DNA from: Myxococcota bacterium
GTDB lineage: Bacteria > Myxococcota > UBA4151
NCBI GenBank assembly: GCA_036338695.1
Contig: JAYZBQ010000013.1
Coordinates: forward strand, 1-39,142
Length of the DNA: 39,142 nucleotides
Direction of reading: 5' to 3'
Shown one piece after another: positions 16,557 through 25,588 of the stretch; within the stretch, counting starts at the first letter, position 1, and each line of letters opens with the position of its first letter. The notes below the pieces were generated by a model. That model was not told where the DNA came from. It did not search any database and saw only the letters and a list, made by a program, of their open reading frames with translations. The position numbers and the translations under genes were made by a program.

Positions 16557-18151
16557 CAGCGCGCCGCAAGCTCGGCGGCGACCTGTTGAGCGGTGGTGTA
16601 GTCAGGTTTTCCAGTCGGATGGCGCGGCATCTCGTCGATGACAAAGAACTGCTTCGGGGTCTTGTAACCGGCGACCTTGGTTCGGGTGTGCGCGCTCAGC
16701 GCCGCAGCGTCAAAGGCCGCTCCTTTGCGCAGCGTCACGAGGGCGCAGACGCGCTGGCCCCACTGCGCATCGGCGACGCCTACGACGATGGCGTCTGACA
16801 CGCTCGGGTGCGCCTTAATTCCCTCTTCAACCTCTTCGGGGAAAACCTTCTCACCGCCGGTGTTAATGCAGACCGACCCCCGACCGAGCAGCGTGATGGT
16901 CCCGTCCTCTTCAAGCACCGCGAAATCCCCCGGTATGACAAACCGCCCCGAAGCCGTCTCAACAAAGGTCGCTGCGGTCTTCTCGGGGTCCTTGTAATAA
17001 CCGCGCGGCAAGTGGCCACCCGTCGCCAGCATCCCTGTCTCGCCCACGGCGCAGACCTCCAAGGTCTCGGGATTCAACACCTTGGTGCGCCCACCGAGCA
17101 TAAAGAACTTCGCCCGCCCGCCTTCGGCGCTGATCGCCATGCCTGCGTGGCCGGACTCCGACGAGCCGAAGTTGTTCATGATCATGGCGCAGGGAAAAGC
17201 CTCCTCAAGCTGCTCACGAACCGACTGGCTCAGCACCGCGCCCGCCGAGGTCACCACGCCGAGCATGGGGGCTTCGTAGTCGCCGCTCAAGTAGGTCTCG
17301 GCGAAGGGGCGCGCCATGGCATCGCCGACCAGATTCACGACGGTGACGCCCTCTGCTCCGAGCAAACGGCAGGTCTCTTCGGGGATAAACTTGGGACCGG
17401 GCGTCAGGCAATTCCGGCCTCCTGTGAAGATCGCGATCCAACACGCAAACTGAGCTGACCCGTGGATCAACGGCGCCGCCGTATGCATCGAGTAGGGCAT
17501 CCCGTCGCGAATAAAGTCCACGAGATCTTCCGGCCGCTCGAGCGGGTCATCGCCTGGTCGACCGCCTTGCAAGCCGGCAAAGAGGAGCTGGTCATGCTCC
17601 CACATCACCCCGCGCGGCATACCCGTCGTTCCGCCCGTATAGATGATGCACAGGTCCTTGCCTGAGCGCTCGATCTCACGGCGCGTGGGGTCCCCTGCGG
17701 CGAGCGCCGACGTAAAAGGGGTCGTGCGGGTCGAACCACAGGTGATGGCGTCGGCGCCTGCGGTGACCAAGACGCTCAGATCGGGCACACTCTCGAGCGC
17801 AGCCGAGACGCGCTCGACCAGTTCAGGCTCGAAAAAGAGCGCCTTCAAGTCGGCGTTGTCATACAGATAGGCGAGCTCATCGGCTACGTAGCGGTAGTTG
17901 ATGTTGATCGGCACGGCGCGCAATTTGTAGGCGGCGAGAGCAGCGACGAAATACTCATGCCCGTTGTAGAGCTGCAGCCCGACGTGGTCACCCGCGCCGA
18001 TCCCTTGACCACGGAGGTAATCTGCTAGCCGATTACTGACCGCCTCGAGCTCGGCATACGTCAGACGGACCTCCCCGGCGACCAACGCGACGTTCTCCGG
18101 GACCGTATCGACGACGATCTCAAACAGGTCCGCTAAGTTAAACACCGCCAC
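16556..18151 (-). CDS. fadD19: Steroid acyl-CoA synthetase, FadD19-like
   Basis: MAVFNLADLFE, ININYRYVADELAYL.DNAD, IYTGGTTGMPRGV, GYYKDPEKTAATF, LLGRGSVCINTGGEKVFPEEVE, GKPDY; GTG at 18151 after AAGGGGG; adjacent to ltp3/ltp4. Confidence 0.8.
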   Translation of the reverse strand: MAVFNLADLFEIVVDTVPENVALVAGEVRLTYAELEAVSNRLADYLRGQGIGAGDHVGLQLYNGHEYFVAALAAYKLRAVPININYRYVADELAYLYDNADLKALFFEPELVERVSAALESVPDLSVLVTAGADAITCGSTRTTPFTSALAAGDPTRREIERSGKDLCIIYTGGTTGMPRGVMWEHDQLLFAGLQGGRPGDDPLERPEDLVDFIRDGMPYSMHTAAPLIHGSAQFACWIAIFTGGRNCLTPGPKFIPEETCRLLGAEGVTVVNLVGDAMARPFAETYLSGDYEAPMLGVVTSAGAVLSQSVREQLEEAFPCAMIMNNFGSSESGHAGMAISAEGGRAKFFMLGGRTKVLNPETLEVCAVGETGMLATGGHLPRGYYKDPEKTAATFVETASGRFVIPGDFAVLEEDGTITLLGRGSVCINTGGEKVFPEEVEEGIKAHPSVSDAIVVGVADAQWGQRVCALVTLRKGAAFDAAALSAHTRTKVAGYKTPKQFFVIDEMPRHPTGKPDYTTAQQVAAELAAR

Positions 18152-18161
18152 CAGAGCCCCC

Positions 18162-19322
18162 TTATCCGGCCATCGGCGTCTCGCCGACGACCCACATCGC
18201 AAAAAATTGTGACCCACCACCATAGGCATGACCCACAGCGCGCCGGCAGCCCTCCACCTGATGCGCGCCCGCCAGCCCACGCACCTGACGCGCCGCCTCG
18301 GCGAATCGGATCATGCCAGACGCGCCGATCGGGTTGGAGCTGAGCACGCCGCCCGAGACGTTCGTCGGCAGCGCGCCGCCAAAATCCGTCACGCCGTCCT
18401 CGACCAGACGCCAGCCCTCCCCAGGGGCTGCGAATCCCAAATTCTCGAGCCACATGGGCTCGAACCACGAAAAGGGGACGTAGAGCTCGGCCATGTCCAG
18501 CTCATCGAGTGGGTTGCGGATCTGAGCCTGTGCGAAGACATCGGCTGCGCAGTCGCGCCCAGCCTGCGGGCTGACCTGATCTCGCCCGGGAAAGAAGATC
18601 GGCTCGCTGCGCAGCGATGTGCCTTGAACAAAAGCCGGTTTCTGAGGTGCTCGCTTCGCCGCCGGCTCCGACGACAGCACCATCGCACAGGCGCCGTCCG
18701 AGCTCGGACAGGTCTCAAGATAATTGATGGGGTCCCACAGCACAGGAGCTTGCGCGCACTGCTCGAGCGTCGGCTCGCTGTGCAGATGGGCCAGCGGGTT
18801 CTTGAGCGCATTGCGGCGGTCCTTGATCACCACCTTCCAGCCCACATCATGGGGCGCCTTCGCACGGCGAATGTAGGCGCGAATCAGCGGCGCAAAATAG
18901 CCACCCGCTCCCGCCACCGTCGGCGGCTGAAAAGGATAGGTCGGCGACAGCGCCCACATGGCGTTCGAGCAGCTCTGGACCTCGAACGCACAGCACAGCA
19001 CCCGCTCATGAACACCGGACTGTATAAGATGCGCGCCGACCACCGCTGTCGAGCCACCTACCGAGCCCGCCGTGTGCACACGAAGCAGCGGCTTACCGAC
19101 CGCACCGAGCGCGCTCGCAAGATGATGCTCGGGCATCATAATACCCTCGAAAAAATCCGGCGCTTTGCCGAGCACAACAGCGTCGATATCGCCCCACTCG
19201 ACGCCCGCCTCGAGCATCGCTGCGTCCACCGCCTCCCGGATTAATCCCGCAATGCTCTTGTCCTGACGCTTGGCGGCGTAGCGAGTCTGCCCCACCCCGA
19301 TGACGGCGCAAGGGCGGCTCAT
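18162..19322 (-). CDS. ltp3: Thiolase-fold (SCPx-type) protein Ltp3, putative steroid side-chain aldolase subunit
   Basis: GQTRYAAKRQD...VVLGKAPDFFEGIMMPE...GKPLLRVHTAGSVGGST...ELYVPFSWFEPMWLENLGFA...SGGVLSSNPIGASGMIRFAEAA...HAYGGGSQFFAMW matches Ltp3 as recalled. Confidence 0.9.
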   Translation of the reverse strand: MSRPCAVIGVGQTRYAAKRQDKSIAGLIREAVDAAMLEAGVEWGDIDAVVLGKAPDFFEGIMMPEHHLASALGAVGKPLLRVHTAGSVGGSTAVVGAHLIQSGVHERVLCCAFEVQSCSNAMWALSPTYPFQPPTVAGAGGYFAPLIRAYIRRAKAPHDVGWKVVIKDRRNALKNPLAHLHSEPTLEQCAQAPVLWDPINYLETCPSSDGACAMVLSSEPAAKRAPQKPAFVQGTSLRSEPIFFPGRDQVSPQAGRDCAADVFAQAQIRNPLDELDMAELYVPFSWFEPMWLENLGFAAPGEGWRLVEDGVTDFGGALPTNVSGGVLSSNPIGASGMIRFAEAARQVRGLAGAHQVEGCRRAVGHAYGGGSQFFAMWVVGETPMAG

Positions 19323-20233
19323 GGCGTACCCCCTAGATGACAGAGCAGGTTCTGCTGCATAGCGGGACCTGCGCTGGCGTGCGCCAGGGTGGAAGCCGCC
19401 TCACCGCGCCAGATCGCAGCTGCGGCTTCACCCAAGCGCAAGAGGCCGCTGACCATGTAGGTGTCAAATCGGCTCGTCGCGCCGAGGTTAACCGGCACGT
19501 CAACCGGGAGACCGATGGCGCGACGCAGCATGGGCAGCTGATGCTCGAAGCTGTAGTGCAACTCCGCGCGCTCGATCTCCACATCGCCTAAGTTGAGCGC
19601 TTGCGCGCAGGCTGCCGCTGAGCTCAGCTCAGCGATCGCTCGCTGAGACAACTCGCTGACGTCGATGCGATGATCGATGCCTCGGATCCACGCGGGTTGC
19701 TCACGCAAGGCCTGCGCTCGATCCCCGGCGGCGAGAATCACCGCCGCTGCGCCGTCTCGTAAGGGAACACGTCGAACAGCTTGGCGATGCCCTGCAGCGC
19801 TCGCTTGGAGCCCGGCGACCGACGCCTCATCGAGCCCGAGTGGCGCCGCCCAATACGGGTCGAGCTGCAGCGACAAGACCCGATCGAGGTCACCCAAGCT
19901 CGCCTGACCGAAGGCGTAGACGAGCGCGGTATCGATGTCGCCGTGCTGCAGGCGCACCCACGCCTCATACAAGGCGAACGCTCCGTCCATCTCGACGTGA
20001 CTCTCCTGGATGGGAGGGAAGGCTCCAACCCCGTCGAGCGCCGAGACAAAGGAGAAGGGGCGGCCGGATAAAAAATCGCTGGAGCCAGAGACCGTAAAAC
20101 CAATCTGTGGCTGCTCAAGGCCAACTTGTGCTCGGGCCTCCGAGCAGACAGCCTGGGTGAGCTCGACCTCATCAAGCGGAGTCGACGCGTCGAGCTCCGA
20201 ATGCGCAAAACCGACGATCGCAACCGGACGCAT
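19319..20233 (-). CDS. ltp4: Thiolase-fold protein Ltp4
   Basis: VAIVGFAH...SGSSDFLSGRPFSFVSALD..GAFPPIQESHVEMDGAFALYEAW...LAHASAGPAMQQNL; immediately upstream of ltp3. Confidence 0.87.
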   Translation of the reverse strand: MRPVAIVGFAHSELDASTPLDEVELTQAVCSEARAQVGLEQPQIGFTVSGSSDFLSGRPFSFVSALDGVGAFPPIQESHVEMDGAFALYEAWVRLQHGDIDTALVYAFGQASLGDLDRVLSLQLDPYWAAPLGLDEASVAGLQASAAGHRQAVRRVPLRDGAAAVILAAGDRAQALREQPAWIRGIDHRIDVSELSQRAIAELSSAAACAQALNLGDVEIERAELHYSFEHQLPMLRRAIGLPVDVPVNLGATSRFDTYMVSGLLRLGEAAAAIWRGEAASTLAHASAGPAMQQNLLCHLGGTP

Positions 20234-21189
20234 CAGAGGTGCTCCGCATAGTCTTCAAAGGGGGCGTCGGGCTCACCGGTGGGTTCAAAGTAACGGATCG
20301 CCTCCATCGAGGCAGCGGGTTCATCCGTCCACACGGCGCGCACGCGCATGCCCATGCGCACAGCGCCCGGGTCACCGCCGACCAAATGAATCAAGGGTAC
20401 ATCCGCCCCATCGAGGAGGATCGCCGCGCAGACGTAAGGCGGCTTGAGCCGCTGACCGGGGAACTCAATGCGGATGACCGAGAAGGTCGTCACGACGCCT
20501 GAGCTCTTGACCTCGACCTCTTCGACGCAGCTTGCTCCGCTGGCGGTGCACGCGCCGCGCGGCGGGATCAAGACTTGCCCGTTGACAGGCGAGCGGCGAC
20601 CCACGAGCCGCCGACGCTCAAGATGTCTGAGGAAAACCGACTGCGTAGCGCCTGCACGGATCACGTAATCGATGCCCACCGGGATCACGGCCACGTCGAG
20701 GTGTCCTAGAGGTTCTGAATCGGGGATTCGCCGCTGATCGAGAGGCACAAAGCACTGGATGTCGCTGATCGCCCCGTGTCGCTCCGTTCGCCAGCTCGGC
20801 GCCACGCGTAAGCCCGGCGCGGCTGCGGCGCGATCGCCGGAGGTATCGACTGCGTGGACAAAATAGCTGTCCGCGCCGTCGAGCCGAATACGCGCAAAGG
20901 CGAAAGGCCGATCGAGCGGATGATGCGCCTTCGGCTCATCGATCCAATAGACCGCCTCCAAGGTCCCCTCGCCGTTGAGCGGTACAAGCTCCGTCATCGC
21001 CTCTGCGGTCGTAGGATGATACTCCGTCGGCGGACAAAATACGGCTCCATCGGCGCTGCGAACGCCCAGCAAACAGCCCGCTTTGAGGCCACCAAAAAAC
21101 GCCCCGAGCACCGGACCGAGCCCCCGCTTGTAAGGATACTCGAGTCGGTAGGGTGCGGTCAGCTCCTCCACTTGGGTCACGCGCTTCAT
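20233..21189 (-). CDS. Tandem DUF35 (Zn-ribbon-like/OB-fold) protein, Rv3521-like partner of Ltp3/Ltp4
   Basis: Two repeats (LEYPYKRGLGP...PPTEYHP...PFAFARIRLDGAD and ...PPRG...PPYVCAAILLDGAD...VRMGMRVRAVW); ends FEPTGEPDA...YAEHL. Confidence 0.85.
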   Translation of the reverse strand: MKRVTQVEELTAPYRLEYPYKRGLGPVLGAFFGGLKAGCLLGVRSADGAVFCPPTEYHPTTAEAMTELVPLNGEGTLEAVYWIDEPKAHHPLDRPFAFARIRLDGADSYFVHAVDTSGDRAAAAPGLRVAPSWRTERHGAISDIQCFVPLDQRRIPDSEPLGHLDVAVIPVGIDYVIRAGATQSVFLRHLERRRLVGRRSPVNGQVLIPPRGACTASGASCVEEVEVKSSGVVTTFSVIRIEFPGQRLKPPYVCAAILLDGADVPLIHLVGGDPGAVRMGMRVRAVWTDEPAASMEAIRYFEPTGEPDAPFEDYAEHL

Positions 21190-22688
21190 CCCTCCTTAAG
21201 GATCATCGAGAGGTAATGCTTCTCAGGCCGACTCGAGCTCTGACCGACGTGGATGTGCTTGGTCTCGAAGTAGCCATTGAGCCCCTCGATGCCGAGCTCG
21301 CGCCCGAGACCGCTTTGTTTGTAGCCACCGAAGGGATACTTTGGGTTGATCAGGTGGTAATCATTGATCCAGACCGTGCCGGTCTCGAGCTGGCGAGCGA
21401 GCTCCGTGGCGCGCTCGAGGTCCTGAGACCAGATCGAGCCACCCAAGCCGTAGATCGAGTCGTTCGCCATGCGCACCGCCTCACGCTCGTCCGAAAACCG
21501 CTGAATCACGACCACCGGTCCAAAGATCTCTTCGCACGCCGCGGTCATGTCTGAGCGAACATCCGTGAAGGCTGTGGGCTCATAGTAGAAGCCGCTCGGG
21601 TCACAACCCGGTGGCCGCCGCCCGCCAAACAGCAAGGTGGCGCCCTCCTCCACAAGAGACCTGACGTAGCGCTCGGTGGTCTGGCGTTGGCCGTCAGAGA
21701 TCAGCGGCCCCATGGTGGTGTCCATGTCCATCGGATCCCCGACGATCACGTTCTCCATCTCGGCGCGAAGGCGCTCGACGAAGGCGTCATGCAGCGCCTC
21801 TGAGACCAGGATACGGGTCCCCGACTCGCAGACCTGACCGGAGTGAAAGAAGGTCCCAAAAATAGCTCCGGGGACAGCGATCTCGAGGTCGGCGTCATCA
21901 AGGATGATCGTCGCCGATTTGCCGCCGAGCTCCAAGAGGCAGCGCGTGACGCGCTCGGCGCATGACTTCATCACCTGCTTGCCGACGGCGGTCGAGCCGG
22001 TGAAGCTGACCTTGTTGACGTCAGGATGGCGAACCAGCGCTGCGCCGAGCTCGGGGTCGGGTCCCGTCACCACGTTGACCACACCTGCGGGCACGCCCGC
22101 TTCGTGGCAAATTTTTGCCATCATTAAGGCGGTGGCGGGCGTGTGCGGCGAGGGCTTGAGGACCATCGTGCACCCGGCGGCTAGGGCGGGCGCGACCTTC
22201 CACGAGGCGGCCGCAAACGGGAAGTTGAAAGGGATAATGGCGGCGACCACGCCGACGGGCTCGCGACGGATGATGTTGGTCGCCTCGATCGGGAAAAACT
22301 CCTGAGTTGCCTGCTCAAGCTCGAGCTGCTCGCAGAACTCTGCGTGCTGCCCAAAGCTCATGTTCGCGCCCATAATGTCTGCGCCGTTGCCTTTGCGCAT
22401 GGTGCCGCCGGAGTCTTGAATCTCCGCCATCACGAGGTCCATGTGGTGGTCGGTGATCAGGTCCGCAATTCGGCGTAAAATCTCGGCGCGCTCAGCCGGT
22501 GACTTAAGCCGCCAAACCCCTTCGTCATGCGCACGCTTGGCGGCAGCCACGGCCGCGTCGACGTCGGCCTCACCTGCTGCGGCAAAGTTCGCCCATGGCT
22601 GACCGTTCGCCGGGTTGATCGAGGCATAAACGGCGCCGCTGCGCGCAGGGCGCTCAGCGCCGTTAATGAACAGGCCGTGAGTCTCCAT
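21186..22688 (-). CDS. Aldehyde dehydrogenase
   Basis: PFNFP, LKPS, FTGSTAVG, LELGGKS, GQVC, EEIFGPV, PFGGYKQSGLGRE. Confidence 0.93.
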   Translation of the reverse strand: METHGLFINGAERPARSGAVYASINPANGQPWANFAAAGEADVDAAVAAAKRAHDEGVWRLKSPAERAEILRRIADLITDHHMDLVMAEIQDSGGTMRKGNGADIMGANMSFGQHAEFCEQLELEQATQEFFPIEATNIIRREPVGVVAAIIPFNFPFAAASWKVAPALAAGCTMVLKPSPHTPATALMMAKICHEAGVPAGVVNVVTGPDPELGAALVRHPDVNKVSFTGSTAVGKQVMKSCAERVTRCLLELGGKSATIILDDADLEIAVPGAIFGTFFHSGQVCESGTRILVSEALHDAFVERLRAEMENVIVGDPMDMDTTMGPLISDGQRQTTERYVRSLVEEGATLLFGGRRPPGCDPSGFYYEPTAFTDVRSDMTAACEEIFGPVVVIQRFSDEREAVRMANDSIYGLGGSIWSQDLERATELARQLETGTVWINDYHLINPKYPFGGYKQSGLGRELGIEGLNGYFETKHIHVGQSSSRPEKHYLSMILKEG

Positions 22689-22706
22689 GATGCCCGTCCG
22701 TTTGCG

Positions 22707-23036
22707 TTAGTTTTGCGGAAAGATCTGCTTGAGCTTCATCGCCATCGGGATCGCACCCTTGATCTTCATCTTGCCGGTCATGAAGGCCATCTGACCGTTG
22801 AGGTCGCCGTTCACCATCGAGACATAGTCTTCACCCTTCATAATAAAGGTGGTCGTGGGCTTCTCAGCGGCGCCCTCGTGGACGCTGAACGAGCCATCGC
22901 TCACGTTGACATGCCACGTACCCGACGGCTCGAGGTTAAACTGATAAGTCGCCGTCACCCCCTTGGACCCTTCCGCCGTAAAGCGCTGATCAAGGGTGTC
23001 GAAGTACTCTTGGACGTCGCTGACTCGAAAACTCAT
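22707..23036 (-). CDS. SCP2 sterol-binding domain protein
   Basis: 109 aa; ATYQFNL..SGTWHV.V.DG...G.LNGQMAFMTGKMKIKGAIPMAMKL; AAGGAG RBS; first gene of the side-chain operon. Confidence 0.9.
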   Translation of the reverse strand: MSFRVSDVQEYFDTLDQRFTAEGSKGVTATYQFNLEPSGTWHVNVSDGSFSVHEGAAEKPTTTFIMKGEDYVSMVNGDLNGQMAFMTGKMKIKGAIPMAMKLKQIFPQN

Positions 23037-23069
23037 CGATGGCTCCTTTAGCCGCTGTTTGGTGCGCCA

Positions 23070-23087
23070 ATTAGAACGTGTTCTAGT
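23070..23087. promoter_or_regulatory. KstR-type operator (site 2) upstream of the SCP2-led side-chain operon
   Basis: ATTAGAACGTGTTCTAGT; core 23072-23085 TAGAACGTGTTCTA; a consensus -35 TTGACA lies on the minus strand at 23110-23105, so the operator covers the expected -10 region. Confidence 0.85.
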
Positions 23088-23176
23088 CGGGCACAGGGGT
23101 TCGCTGTCAAGCAGGCATAGCGTGTAGCTGAGCCTTTGAACGCCGGGTGACCTGTGGCCCCGACGCCCACCGACGG

Positions 23177-23935
23177 CTAGTAGGCTACCCAGCCACCGTC
23201 GACCGGGATGACGGCGCCGTTGACGTAGCGCGCCTCATCGCTGGCGAGGAACACGGCGACATCGGCGATATCGCGCGCTTTGCCAAAGGGCGGTACGGTC
23301 GGGAAGTGCTTCGAGTAGCGCTCAAAGCCCTCAGTGTGGGGTGTAAAACTCGAGGCCATCGCCGTCATGATCGCGCCGGGGCAGATGGCGTTGCAGCGGA
23401 TGTTATGCGGACCATAAAACCAAGCGATGGACTTGGTCAGGCCCACCACAGCGTGTTTCGACGCGGTGTAGGCAGCGCCACCTCGCCCCCCATGATTCCC
23501 TGCCGCCGATGCCGTGTTAATGATCGATCCGCCCCCCTGATCCATCATCAGCTTGACCGCTAAACGGCTGGCTAAGAAGGGACCCTTGGCGTTGACGCCA
23601 AGCAGCCGGTCCCAGAGCGCCTCGTCGGTGTCATGAAGCGGCGTCAAATTATCGAGAATTCCCGCATTATTACACAGCGTGTCAACCCCGCCGAAGTCCG
23701 ACTGGGCGCGACCGATCAGCCGCTCGACGTCGGCAGCCTCGGAGACGTCGACCACCTCATAGGCTACCTCATGGCCCGCCTCGGCGAGCTCACCGGCTAC
23801 CTTCTCAAGCTTCTCGGTCTGCAGATCTGCCAGGACCAAACGAGCACCTTCAGCGGCAAATCGGCGCGCCATGGCGCGCCCCATCCCCGAGGCGGCGCCG
23901 GTGATCACCGCTACCTGACCGTCGAGCGCGCTCAT
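23177..23935 (-). CDS. Short-chain dehydrogenase/reductase (candidate hydroxysteroid dehydrogenase)
   Basis: TGAASGMG, NNAG, YTASK, ICPG, VDGG; coupled to the TetR gene by ATGA overlap. Confidence 0.88.
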   Translation of the reverse strand: MSALDGQVAVITGAASGMGRAMARRFAAEGARLVLADLQTEKLEKVAGELAEAGHEVAYEVVDVSEAADVERLIGRAQSDFGGVDTLCNNAGILDNLTPLHDTDEALWDRLLGVNAKGPFLASRLAVKLMMDQGGGSIINTASAAGNHGGRGGAAYTASKHAVVGLTKSIAWFYGPHNIRCNAICPGAIMTAMASSFTPHTEGFERYSKHFPTVPPFGKARDIADVAVFLASDEARYVNGAVIPVDGGWVAY

Positions 23936-24510
23936 GAGGCATCTCCGATCAGACGCTCGGTGGCGGCTTGTAGGTTCTCAATGACTTCGTCTTCGCTGAG
24001 CATCCCGTTGGCCCAGCCGAGTAAACTGGCGAAGCTCAGCTGCTGCAACCACCTCAGCCCTTGGAGCGTCTGCGCGTCGACAGCCGCCTCATCAGCGTGA
24101 CCGAGACAGCGCAGCATCAACCGACGCATCGTCGCCTGGTGGCTGTAGATCCGGTGAGTCGTCGCCTCGCCGCCTGCCGCTGCTGCGCGCAAGACGGCGC
24201 GCCCGAAGTTCGGGCGGTTGAAGAGCGCACGAGCCGCCAGGACCAAAAGATCGGCGATGCGCTGAACCGGGTCGGTATCAGACCAGGACAGATCGCTGAT
24301 CACGGCTTCAAAAGTTTGCGTGCTCTCATCCAAGGCAGCGACCAACATCTCCTCTTTGCTCGAGAAGCGGCTGTAGAGCGTCCCGAGCGCCACGCCGGCT
24401 TGATCTGCCACGTCGCGTAACCGCACGGCGTCAAAGCCGCCCTCCTCGGCAAGCTCAAAGGCGACACCCAAAATACGCTGCGCTTTCTCATCCAGCTGGA
24501 CTTGAGTCAT
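23932..24510 (-). CDS. kstR: TetR-family repressor, KstR-like
   Basis: Start re-assigned to ATG 24510 (AGGAGAG RBS): MTQVQLDEKAQRILGVAFELAEEGGFDAVRLRDVADQAGVALGTLYSRFSSKEEMLVAAL, HTH resembling KstR as recalled; KstR-type palindrome directly upstream. Confidence 0.8.
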   Translation of the reverse strand: MTQVQLDEKAQRILGVAFELAEEGGFDAVRLRDVADQAGVALGTLYSRFSSKEEMLVAALDESTQTFEAVISDLSWSDTDPVQRIADLLVLAARALFNRPNFGRAVLRAAAAGGEATTHRIYSHQATMRRLMLRCLGHADEAAVDAQTLQGLRWLQQLSFASLLGWANGMLSEDEVIENLQAATERLIGDAS

Positions 24511-24534
24511 CCGATCTCTCCTGAGTCGCCCACC

Positions 24535-24552
24535 ACTAGAACGCGTTCTAGT
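24535..24552. promoter_or_regulatory. KstR-type operator (site 3, perfect 18-bp palindrome), probable autoregulatory site
   Basis: ACTAGAACGCGTTCTAGT is its own reverse complement; 24 nt upstream of the TetR ATG; TTGACC lies just upstream on the minus strand. Confidence 0.88.
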
Positions 24553-24553
24553 T

Positions 24554-25588
24554 TCAGCGGTCAAGACTCGGATCGATGAGTAGGCGCCCCTGCACACCGC
24601 CCACCCGCAACGCCGCCATCGCCTGCTCACTCTCCGCCACACCAAAGCACTGAGCGAAGCGCGGCCGAAGAGGTCGCTCGGCATGCCATGCGAGCAGATG
24701 TTTGAGCTCCGCCTCGTTGGCGCCCGAGCTGCCGACGACCTGCAAACCGTAGACGATGATCCTGCCAAGCTGCAGCTCCGTGATCCGTTCGTCGATGTTC
24801 CCAACCACGACCAGCCGTCCGCCGACCCCCAAGCACCGCAGGGAGGCGTCGAAGGTCGCAGGTCCGACGCAATCAACGACGATACGCGCAGGCGCCGTCG
24901 GCAGGTCTCGATGAAACCGATCGCCTGTGTTGACCACGACATGCGCTGCTCCGAGCGCGCGCAAGTCGCCGTCATCCGCTCGGCGCACGACCGCGACGAC
25001 CTCGGCGCCTAGACGCGCTGCAAGCTCGACGGCGCACCGACCCACGCCACCGTGCGCGCCCACGACGACGACCACGTCACCCGGCTGAGGCTCCCCCCAC
25101 CGACTCAGGGCACGCCAAGCGGTCCCGTAGGTACACGCCAAGGTCGCTGCCAGGCGCGCATCGAGCGTATCGGGAACGCTAAAGAGTGCGCTATCCGGCG
25201 CGAGCAGATGGTTGCTGTAGCCGCCATCGATCGTGATCCCGAGGATCTGGACCGCCCGCTCACACAGCCCGCGCTCGTCATCGATGCACGCTGCGCATGC
25301 ACCGCACGCATCTCGATGAAAGGTGGCCACGCGCTCGCCGACAGACCAGCGGCTCTGAGCAGACCCCACCGCCTCGATCACGCCACAGACCTCATGACCC
25401 GGTGCCACCGGGAAATTGACGAAGGGGACGCGCCCGGCGCGATCGATCAAGTCACGATGACAGACACCGCAGCGCTCGACCCGAAGCCGAACCCACCCTT
25501 CCAAAGGTTGGGGCAGCTCTTCGGACTCAGTGATGTTGAGCGGGATATCGAGCCCCGGCGCGATCATCTGCGCACGCCGCCAGGTCAT
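24554..25588 (-). CDS. Zinc-dependent alcohol dehydrogenase (MDR family)
   Basis: CGVCHRD, PGHE, CGACAAC...C structural Zn motif, GAHGGVG; coupled to kstD (ATGA). Confidence 0.87.
   Translation of the reverse strand: MTWRRAQMIAPGLDIPLNITESEELPQPLEGWVRLRVERCGVCHRDLIDRAGRVPFVNFPVAPGHEVCGVIEAVGSAQSRWSVGERVATFHRDACGACAACIDDERGLCERAVQILGITIDGGYSNHLLAPDSALFSVPDTLDARLAATLACTYGTAWRALSRWGEPQPGDVVVVVGAHGGVGRCAVELAARLGAEVVAVVRRADDGDLRALGAAHVVVNTGDRFHRDLPTAPARIVVDCVGPATFDASLRCLGVGGRLVVVGNIDERITELQLGRIIVYGLQVVGSSGANEAELKHLLAWHAERPLRPRFAQCFGVAESEQAMAALRVGGVQGRLLIDPSLDR

Noticed and set aside
24511..24975. N-terminal extension making the TetR ORF 347 aa
   Set aside because: It overlaps the Zn-ADH gene and the operator; the HTH and RBS support the start at 24510.
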